From positions 2,880,001 through 2,944,000 of the forward strand of contig OY762721.1 in NCBI GenBank assembly GCA_963666345.1: 64,000 nucleotides of DNA, in the 5' to 3' direction. Below the pieces are notes generated by a model, which saw only the letters and a program-made list of their open reading frames with translations, did not search any database and was not told the origin of the DNA. The position numbers were made by a program, and so were the translations under genes. This DNA is from Desulfatiglandales bacterium. Its GTDB lineage: Bacteria; Desulfobacterota; DSM-4660; Desulfatiglandales; Desulfatiglandaceae. This document shows positions 18,682 to 26,498 of this stretch, piece by piece (positions within the stretch are counted from its first letter, which is position 1; the number at the start of each line of letters is the position of its first letter).

Positions 18682-19599
18682 CTAATCTTCCAAGAGCAAC
18701 TGTAACCATGGCATAAATTTAGGTTCAGGCGGATCAACCGGAAGGCTCAGATCAGATAAATCCGGGACCCCATCTCCGTCTGTATCATTGGTATCCTGAA
18801 TTATAACCAGCCACTTCTGGTAGTCCGGCCAGGAAGTATCAAGATCACCATCAGAAAGCTCAACTAATGCAGTATATGTATTGCCATCTCGTGAAAAAAT
18901 TGTGGCAGGGAATGATTCCACCGCATTTATTCTGATGTTATCTTCATCTATTATATCGTAAGTGGCTTCATAAGTTTCTTCAGATTGCATCAAAGTCGAA
19001 GTATATGCAACTGTGATACTGTTACTTGTTTTTGAGTAATCAAGAGTGCCAGATAGTTCTCCAACAGTGTAATTTCCTGACATACTCATATCACCGGCAT
19101 AATAGGTATTATGCGCCGTCAAACTGTATGTTCCTATAGCGGAATTTGCAGCTTTGCTAAGAGATCCGCTTATGAGCCCGCCTGTATTATTTTGGCTGTA
19201 CCAATTCCCTGTGATATTTTTGTTAAACGGCATTGATTTTTCACAGACATCATCAATACCATTACCGTTAACGTCATCAGAACCAAGATTAAGGGAAATT
19301 TCACCGTAATCACCGACAGTATAAGTATCTACTATCATTAAATAATCTGTTTTATATAGACTTCCAACCTTTTTTAATTCCTGACTGTAATAATAATATC
19401 CGTTATCATAATCATATAACGGCATAGAGTATCTATTACCGTCATAAGTAGTAAAGTATGTTTCAAGTAGATGGTACTCTATATAAGAGGAACATTTTTC
19501 AAGGCTGATGGAATACGAAATCCCGCCAATACTTGCAGTATTGGCAAACGCTGAAGACGTGACAATTAAAACCGCGAATACCAAGCTGAAGTATTTCAT
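18682..19599 (-). CDS. Secreted hypothetical beta-rich protein; tail MPWLQLLLED
   Basis: Signal peptide (SSAFA); Tyr/Ser/Thr-rich; DTNDTDGDGVPD Ca-binding motif before a Pro linker and the tail. Confidence 0.8.
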   Translation of the reverse strand: MKYFSLVFAVLIVTSSAFANTASIGGISYSISLEKCSSYIEYHLLETYFTTYDGNRYSMPLYDYDNGYYYYSQELKKVGSLYKTDYLMIVDTYTVGDYGEISLNLGSDDVNGNGIDDVCEKSMPFNKNITGNWYSQNNTGGLISGSLSKAANSAIGTYSLTAHNTYYAGDMSMSGNYTVGELSGTLDYSKTSNSITVAYTSTLMQSEETYEATYDIIDEDNIRINAVESFPATIFSRDGNTYTALVELSDGDLDTSWPDYQKWLVIIQDTNDTDGDGVPDLSDLSLPVDPPEPKFMPWLQLLLED

Positions 19600-19960
19600 T
19601 TTTTATGCTCCAAAACACAAGTCTATTTCTTTAAGCTGGATTGAAAACAAGTGGCTTCTTCTGCCCTATTGTAACCGTCCACTAAAATAGTACCAGCAAA
19701 AAGTGGAGGATTGCGTTACCCCTGAGACTGTGAGTCGGAGCGAAGCGGCGCTGGTATTTTTAAACTGTTGTTGTAGCTATGGTAAAGTCGTCGCTGCCTG
19801 ATTTTATTATGTTTTTTATAGGTAACATTTTGGTATATATTTTTACATTGATTTCAAAAAATACGAAAAAGGTGTTATTGATATTTAATGAATAATTATA
19901 GTGCTTAATATTCCGTCTCAAAATATTCATATAGATTCCAGCATTTGGTTTTAATCATAC

Positions 19961-20050
19961 TGTGAAAAAGCCAAACCCCGAGTGATCGAGGGATGGAAAG
20001 CCACGGGTCTTAAATAGACAGCCGGGTTGCCGAGAGGTGGCCCGGCTGTC
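19961..20050 (+). ncRNA. c-di-GMP-I (GEMM-I) riboswitch, copy 2
   Basis: Near-identical to 11325-11410: gccaaaccccga-gtga-tcgagggatggaaagccacgggtct...agacagccgggttgccg. Confidence 0.85.
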
Positions 20051-20310
20051 TGTTGCTCAATGCCATATCTTTAATTTCTTAATAGTATCGATTCAATGCT
20101 TTAGCGGTTTTATCCGCCGTTTCAATGGAGCACTTGAATCCTTGGCCCCTTGAAACCGGGAACCCGCTGCGAAGCAGTGGGACTGAGCGAAGCGCAAGCG
20201 GAGCAAAGAAACCGGGAACCCGCTGCGAAGCAGTGGGACTGAGCGAAGCTAAGCTAAGCGAGGGCGAAGAATCCTACGAGTTATCAGCCGCTTAAATAAT
20301 AAAGATTTCT

Positions 20311-20756
20311 GGATCATCTCCAAAAGAGTTGGTCTAAATGAAGGATTCGAGGGTTCAAGGGGCCGCGGGTTCGAGTGAAAAGCTTAAAGATCATAGGCGG
20401 TTAAACGTTATGCAAAAATCGTATACACCTTGTTTGCATATGTATAAAGAAACGAAACGTCTTTTTAAAGATGAGCAATAGGGTCTTATCCGAGGTTTCC
20501 ATACCATGGAATATCGTCTGAGAATATGTGAGATTTCTCTATATTGCATATGGTTCAGGCTGTGAACCGGAAATCCTGATCCATGATACCGGGTGAGTCG
20601 GGTTATCCTTGAAACTGGGAACCCGCCCCGAGCTTGTCGAGGGGTGGGACTGAGCGAAGCGTAAGCGGAGCAAAGAACCCTTGAACCCTTGAACCCTTGA
20701 ACCCTTGAATCCTGGAACCCTTGGACCCTCTTCGACAACTAAGTTGGAGAAGAACC
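20311..20756 (+). mobile_element. MITE family A-related copy 4 nested inside copy 3
   Basis: TIRs ggatcatctccaaaagagttgg / caactaagttggagaagaacc; perfect 8-bp TSD agatttct. Confidence 0.88.
20378..20610 (+). pseudogene. Decayed four-helix-bundle (23S rRNA IVP-like) gene
   Basis: Hand translation across stops/frameshifts: LKDHRRLNVMQKSY..CLHMYKETK.LFKDEQ*GL / VSIPWNI / EYVRFLYIAYGSGCE. Confidence 0.7.
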
Positions 20757-20876
20757 AGATTTCTTTATTCAGCCCTGTTTAACACCAACTAATCGGGAGG
20801 TGGTCCTAAAAAGGTAATTGAGTAGATATTGGTGGCTGTGTATAACGGAAATATTCAGTATCTACAACCACTTAAA

Positions 20877-20948
20877 CTAACGTTCACCCATAAAACAAGG
20901 TTTATGGTTTAAGGCTGTCAGCAATCAGCTTTCAGCTGTCAGCAAAAC
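20877..20948. repeat. MITE/repeat family B, partial copy
   Basis: tcagcaatcagctttcagctgtcagc heptamer array; homologous to the reverse complement of 26410-26489. Confidence 0.6.
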
Positions 20949-21041
20949 TGATGTTTACCCCATTTAGTGGACACCCAGAAAAGATAAATGTAAAATTAAC
21001 ACATAGGAAGTGTGTCCATGGAAAATGGGAGAAGACGCCGC
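20949..21041 (+). mobile_element. IS3-family left-end remnant
   Basis: TGATGTTTACCCCATTTAGTGGACAC resembles the IS3 IRL, followed by a short orfA-like start (MENGRRRR) that breaks off. Confidence 0.55.
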
Positions 21042-21346
21042 AGGCCCTATGATCGGTAAGAATTGTGTGATAGGCTCGACCCCATGATTCCCGATGCATC
21101 CGGTGACATATAACCACTGTCAGGCCGGTTCCCAAAAATTTTTGTCGGATGCTGATTCCTTGAATCAAAATGATCCCGGGCCTCGGGCGTTGCCTTGGGC
21201 CCTTATATTATTCGGAGAATAGCCCACTTTTTAAGAGGCCATCATTTTTAAATGGGCACGGCTCGCAATGATATGGGCAGAGCAAGGATTTCTTGAATAG
21301 CGGGTAAATCAACGAAATCATAAATCCACATTAAGAGGTCGCAGCC

Positions 21347-24300
21347 TTGCGCAAGTATACCGTTTATCTCTGTCTTGCTATGTTGATGCTGCTGTTTGGG
21401 GCGGAAATCGTTTTTGCCGCCCTGAAAAGCGCTGAAACAAGTGTTCCGGGCCAAAAGGCTGTGATAGTGGCCGGCACGGAGGCGAGCGTACTCATCCGTT
21501 CGCCTGAGACAGAGCATCTGTTTGACGCAAGCGACACCGAAAGCACCGGGGTCATAATCATTCAACCCGGTCCCGCAGCTGCGCCCGGAGATTCCTTACC
21601 AGGTGAAGACTATGCATTGTGGGACTGGAGTGGTTCGATATCTATTCCTGACGGTCCGGACGGTTCGTGGGTAGGCGTCAACAACACACCGACATCGCCG
21701 CCCGATGGGTGCCAGGTAACGAAAATCACAATTCGCCACGCGGTGACCCACACCTATATCGGTGATTTGGAGTGCAAGGTATATAACGACAGCGGGCACT
21801 CATGGATGGTTCGTGACAATGAAGGGGTCTCTGCGGATGACTTTGATGAGACCGAGACTGAATACACGATCTTTGACGGGGATAATCCCAAACAGAACTG
21901 GTCCTATAGTGTTCGCGACACGGTCGAAGACGATACTGGTACCCTCGATATCGTGCAGCTATATGTTTACTATGAAACCACGGAGCCGGACATCCGAGTT
22001 GAGCCCACGACGCTCAATTTTAACGACAACCCTGAGCCCTCCATCTCTTCGTTCAAGTCGACACTTGCTCCGCTGGAGTTTGCAGCTACGGCAAGCGACG
22101 GTTCTCTGTCTGTAACCATCGAAAGCGGCGCCTTGAACATAAACCCCGCCGGTGATTATGTGGCCTTAAGCATGGATGGCTATGATACGCGCATGTCGCC
22201 CGGCGATCCCATGCTCCCTTTGCGTGTCGTGCGTATGGCCCTGCCGCCGGACGCCGATCTCGATACGGTGACTGTCTCCCATTCAGTCCTTGCCGCAAGA
22301 GTACTGGACTCTACCTATTCGGTTGCCCCTGCACCTCCTATGGCGACATGGGAGGGAACCCAGACGATCATCGATTGGGGCGAGGGCAAGGACATCGTCG
22401 ACGGCCGCAACATGAACGTCTACGGCTCGGACGCCTTTTTCGTGGCCGAATCCGTCAAACCCGAGCCTTACAGCCGGTTGCGTAAATGGAAGATGGCCCG
22501 GTTTTTCTTTTATCCTGTCCAATATAACCCGGTCACCGGCAAACTGCGCGTTATCGATAGTGTCAAGGTCGATATTACGTACGACCTTGAGTCCGAAGCT
22601 AAAAGTGCGCTGAACTCCTCGTCGGCAGATGACGGCATGGAAGCCGCGGCTTCCCTACTCATCGATAACTATGACCAGGCCAAGCCCTGGTACCTCTATG
22701 AAGCTAAACTAAGCCCATCGGTTGCTTACGATTACGTCATCGTAACCACCGAGGACATTTTCGATAACGCTTCTTACCTCGATGACTTTGAGACCTTTAA
22801 GGAGAACCAGGGTTATAACGTGGCGACTGTCACAGAAAGCGGTTTCTACACATCGGTCGGTGGTTCGAGCAGTGACTCGGGCTGGGGCGGAGGCACGGGC
22901 GATGCGGCGGCCGAGAACATTCGATCCTGGCTCCAGGGCAACTACTTATCCCTGGGAATCGACTATGTCCTGCTTATTGGCGATCCAAGCCCCGCCTCCG
23001 GGGACGTGCCGATGAAAATGTGCTGGCCGCGTAAGGGTGCTACGATCGAACCGGACTATGATGAAGCGCCCACGGATTACTATTATGCTGAACTTACCGG
23101 AAACTGGGATCTGGATGGCGACGGAGATTATGGGGAATACGACGGCGATTTCGGCTCGGGTGGCATCGACACGAATGTGGAAATCTATGTCGGCCGCATT
23201 CCCGTTTACTCCTCATCCATGACCGCCCTCGACGGCATCTTGCAGAAGACCATAGACTATGGAACCGAGTCAGGTGATCTTGGCTGGCGTGAAAAGGTTC
23301 TGCTTCCCATGGAGCCGTCCGATTCGTCAACTCACGGCTGGCCCCTGGCCGAAAACATCCGCAGCGACTACGCCAATCCGGCGGGTTGGGATTCCTATCG
23401 CATCTATGATGAGGATTACGACAAGAGCCCAGAGCAAACGCCGTGCAACATGACCAACGTCCAAAACGAATGGCAGAACTTCTACGGGCTTGTTACATGG
23501 TGGACACACGGCTCGGAGACCAGCGCTGCAGACGTCTTTAGCAGCAGCCTGTGCGGCAATCTCGATGACGATCATCCAGCCTTCACGTTCCAGTGCTCAT
23601 GCAACAACGGCTATCCTGAAAATACCGGCAATCTCGGCTACTCGTTGCTCGAAAACGGTGCCATCGGAACGATTTCCGCAACACGCGTTTCGTGGTACTA
23701 CGTAGGCGACTCAAACTGGGAAATGAGTGGCGGCAACTCGTACATGGCCGACAGGTACTCGGAAAAGATCATCAACACGGATCGATCCGGTAAGGCCCTC
23801 TTCGATATGAAGATGGCAGCATCTCACAGTGATATGGACCAATGGATGAATTTTCTGGTTTTTAATCTCTACGGCGATCCCGCTCTGAAAATTGACGACA
23901 CCGGCGGCTCGACTCCACCCGGAGATGGTGAATTCGGGATCTACAACGACGGAACGGATACGCTTGAAGTCAGCAGCATTACTAAAAGCAAGAGCTGGCT
24001 GCTCCTTGATACCGCAGGACCTCTTACGATCTCAGAGGGCGAAAACCATATTGTTTCTGCTTCGGTGGATTGGGACCAGGTTCCGGCAGGAGGGGATTCC
24101 GATACCATTCAGGTCAATTCAAACGATCCTGACGAGGGGACGGTCAACGTCGCCGTGACTGCTATTCAGCCTCGCAGTTTATCGGTCTCATCGAGCAGCG
24201 GCGGCTTGGTTTCACAGCCTGGCGAAGGTTATTTTGAATACACATTGGGGGCTGTAGTCTCTCTTGTGGTATTGGCAGATTCTGACTGGCACTTTGACCG

Positions 24301-25735
24301 GTGGACAGGGACTGCGGTTGATGCGGGCAGGGTAGGGGACCCGGATTCCGGGGCTACGACGGTCACGATGGATGGTGACTATACCCTTTATGCAAACTTT
24401 GCCATTGATCAGCATGAGCTGCAGATATCGTCAAGCGCAGGGGGATCGGTTACGACGCCGGGTGAGGGCGAGCTGCATTACGATCACGGGACAGTGGTAA
24501 CGATTGAGGCGACAGGTGATGCCAACTTTCATTTTGTAAACTGGACGGGAACGGCGGTTGACGCGGGCAGGGTAGGGGATGCGGATTCCGGGGCTACGAC
24601 GGTCACGATGGATGGTGACTATACGCTTTATGCGAACTTTGCCATTGATCAGCACGCGCTGCAGATATCGTCAAGCGCAGGGGGATCGGTTACGACGCCG
24701 GGTGAGGGCGAGCTGCATTACGATCACGGGACAGTGGTAACGATTGAGGCGACAGGTGATGCCAACTTTCATTTTGTAAACTGGACGGGAACGGCGGTTG
24801 ACGCGGGCAGGGTAGGGGATGCGGATTCCGGGGCTACGACGGTCACGATGGATGGTGACTATACGCTTTATGCGAACTTTGCCATTGATCAGCACGAGTT
24901 GCAGATATCGTCAAGCGCAGGGGGATCGGTTACGACGCCGGGTGAGGGCGAGCTGCATTACGATCACGGGACAGTGGTAACGATTGGGGCGGCATCTGAT
25001 GCCGATTTTCATTTTGTAAACTGGACGGGAACGGCGGTTGACGCGGGCAGGGTAGGGGATGCGGATTCCGGGGCTACGACGGTCACGATGGATGGTGACT
25101 ATACGCTTTATGCGAACTTTGCCATTGATCAGCACGAGTTGCAGATATCGTCAAGCGCAGGGGGATCTGTTACGACGCCGGGTGAGGGCGAGCTGCATTA
25201 CGATCACGGGACAGTGGTAACGATTGAGGTGGCATCTGATGCCAATTTTCATTTTGTAAACTGGACGGGAACGGCGGTTGACGCGGGCAGGGTAGGGAAC
25301 CCGGATTCCGGGGCTACGACGGTTACGATGGATGGTGACTATACCCTTTATGCGAATTTTGCCATCGATGATGAAGATGAAGACGGCGTTCCGGATTTAA
25401 CTGATAATTGCCCGGTGACACCGAATTCGGATCAAGCGGACTCTGATGGAGATGAGGTCGGGGATGCCTGCGATCAATGCCCTGATGATTCCAACAAGAG
25501 TAATCCAGGCGTTTGTGGATGTGGAGAACCTGATACTGACAGCGAACCTGATGGAATGGTTGATTGCTGGGAATGGGAATACGGTCTTGATCCTTCAGTG
25601 AATGACGCTGGAGAAGATATTGATGGGGATGGATTTTCAAACCTCATAGAATTTCAGCGAGGAACAGATCCCGGTGATTATTATTCTACCCCTCCAATCG
25701 TTATGCCCTGGATACCACTGCTTTTGGGTGATTAG
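21347..25735 (+). CDS. Secreted gingipain-family (C25) cysteine protease with P-domain, C25 propeptide, five InlB-B-like repeats and TSP3-like stalk; tail MPWIPLLLGD
   Basis: Signal peptide; HTYIGDL (proprotein convertase P-domain), PGDPMLP and YPVQYNPVTGKL (propeptide), YVLLIGD, TDYYYA, VGRIP, THG (His), CSC (Cys), NLYGDP. Confidence 0.88.
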   Translation: MRKYTVYLCLAMLMLLFGAEIVFAALKSAETSVPGQKAVIVAGTEASVLIRSPETEHLFDASDTESTGVIIIQPGPAAAPGDSLPGEDYALWDWSGSISIPDGPDGSWVGVNNTPTSPPDGCQVTKITIRHAVTHTYIGDLECKVYNDSGHSWMVRDNEGVSADDFDETETEYTIFDGDNPKQNWSYSVRDTVEDDTGTLDIVQLYVYYETTEPDIRVEPTTLNFNDNPEPSISSFKSTLAPLEFAATASDGSLSVTIESGALNINPAGDYVALSMDGYDTRMSPGDPMLPLRVVRMALPPDADLDTVTVSHSVLAARVLDSTYSVAPAPPMATWEGTQTIIDWGEGKDIVDGRNMNVYGSDAFFVAESVKPEPYSRLRKWKMARFFFYPVQYNPVTGKLRVIDSVKVDITYDLESEAKSALNSSSADDGMEAAASLLIDNYDQAKPWYLYEAKLSPSVAYDYVIVTTEDIFDNASYLDDFETFKENQGYNVATVTESGFYTSVGGSSSDSGWGGGTGDAAAENIRSWLQGNYLSLGIDYVLLIGDPSPASGDVPMKMCWPRKGATIEPDYDEAPTDYYYAELTGNWDLDGDGDYGEYDGDFGSGGIDTNVEIYVGRIPVYSSSMTALDGILQKTIDYGTESGDLGWREKVLLPMEPSDSSTHGWPLAENIRSDYANPAGWDSYRIYDEDYDKSPEQTPCNMTNVQNEWQNFYGLVTWWTHGSETSAADVFSSSLCGNLDDDHPAFTFQCSCNNGYPENTGNLGYSLLENGAIGTISATRVSWYYVGDSNWEMSGGNSYMADRYSEKIINTDRSGKALFDMKMAASHSDMDQWMNFLVFNLYGDPALKIDDTGGSTPPGDGEFGIYNDGTDTLEVSSITKSKSWLLLDTAGPLTISEGENHIVSASVDWDQVPAGGDSDTIQVNSNDPDEGTVNVAVTAIQPRSLSVSSSSGGLVSQPGEGYFEYTLGAVVSLVVLADSDWHFDRWTGTAVDAGRVGDPDSGATTVTMDGDYTLYANFAIDQHELQISSSAGGSVTTPGEGELHYDHGTVVTIEATGDANFHFVNWTGTAVDAGRVGDADSGATTVTMDGDYTLYANFAIDQHALQISSSAGGSVTTPGEGELHYDHGTVVTIEATGDANFHFVNWTGTAVDAGRVGDADSGATTVTMDGDYTLYANFAIDQHELQISSSAGGSVTTPGEGELHYDHGTVVTIGAASDADFHFVNWTGTAVDAGRVGDADSGATTVTMDGDYTLYANFAIDQHELQISSSAGGSVTTPGEGELHYDHGTVVTIEVASDANFHFVNWTGTAVDAGRVGNPDSGATTVTMDGDYTLYANFAIDDEDEDGVPDLTDNCPVTPNSDQADSDGDEVGDACDQCPDDSNKSNPGVCGCGEPDTDSEPDGMVDCWEWEYGLDPSVNDAGEDIDGDGFSNLIEFQRGTDPGDYYSTPPIVMPWIPLLLGD
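24173..25372 (+). repeat. Five tandem 240-bp (80-aa) coding repeats
   Basis: Units start at 24173, 24413, 24653, 24893 and 25133; units 2-5 nearly identical at DNA level (HELQISSSAGGSVTTPGEG...YTLYANFAID). Confidence 0.95.
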
Positions 25736-25805
25736 GATCTGAGTATTTTTAAAAGGCCAGTGTTTGAAGCCTTTTGCCCTGATGACGCTGCTCAGGGGCA
25801 CATGG

Positions 25806-26192
25806 TCAATGCCGGGGTTCCCCTTTCCACCAAAAGTCGTTGTTGTCCACAGGGTCATAACACTTCTTTTTCCCATAAACATAAATCTCAGGTGAATATT
25901 TGAGCTCATCTCTGCCGCATCTTATTAGCCGATCACAGGTCATTAGCCAACCCAGGATGATGCCATGCTCCTTAAGGCAATGCAGGCTGTAGGAGGAACA
26001 ACCGGGGTACATGGGACATTCCGATCTTTTCACTGCCTTTAGGTGATTTAAAGGCCCCTGATAAAACCGGATAAGTGCTGTCAACGGGTTTAAGCATGCC
26101 GGTGAACCCTTTCCTGCCGCGCCCTTGTGGGCACAGCCTGAAAGGCAGAGCAGGAAAAGCAGCGTAAGAGAGAGGGTCTTGAAAATTCCCAT
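25806..26192 (-). CDS. yidD: YidD-like (membrane protein insertion efficiency factor) protein with lipoprotein-type signal
   Basis: LIRFYQ...CPMYPGCSSY...HG..LGW....DRLIRC; LSGC lipobox. Confidence 0.75.
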   Translation of the reverse strand: MGIFKTLSLTLLFLLCLSGCAHKGAAGKGSPACLNPLTALIRFYQGPLNHLKAVKRSECPMYPGCSSYSLHCLKEHGIILGWLMTCDRLIRCGRDELKYSPEIYVYGKKKCYDPVDNNDFWWKGEPRH

Positions 26193-26330
26193 TTATTAAC
26201 ACCCGCCGGGCCTGATTAATACGCAAACAATTCAGTTTTAAGCCCGCCTGTAAAGTGATCGACTCAAAAAGCCCCTGTCCTTTGAGCTTTCATTTTTGTT
26301 GGTGTCTATCCATTAATGGGAGGACACTAT

Positions 26331-26489
26331 CAGTACCCATCCAGAAATTGCTCACTTCCGGATACTGTTTTCAGCCGTCAGCTATCAGCAAGTAGCCAAT
26401 AGGTTGATATCCCTAACATTTTACTGACAGCTGAGAGCTGATTGCCGATAGCGTTAGCCCGTAAATCTTGATTAATGGATGAGCACCAG
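26331..26489. repeat. MITE/repeat family B
   Basis: Ends cagtacccatccagaaat / attaatggatgagcaccag; internal inverted tcagc/gctga heptamer arrays; homologous to 44371-44497. Confidence 0.7.
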
Positions 26490-26498
26490 GCGATATGT

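Larger units (their letters stand above)
20096..20806 (-). mobile_element. MITE family A copy 3 (inverted, truncated, hosts a nested copy)
   Basis: Reverse complement of 20757-20806 and 20096-20310 matches the left part of copies 1 and 2. Confidence 0.8.

Noticed and set aside
15230..19780. Integron cassette array (attC-like bits near 15235 and 19735-19775)
   Set aside because: Could not pair complete R''/R' boxes, genes are in opposite orientations, and no integron integrase is present
24173..25372. CRISPR array
   Set aside because: Contiguous in-frame 240-bp coding repeats with no unique spacers; no cas genes in the window
8922..25735. Tails as PEP-CTERM, GlyGly-CTERM, LPXTG or T9SS CTD
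   Set aside because: No signature motif, no full TM helix, no basic cluster and no folded CTD; no sortase-type gene in the window
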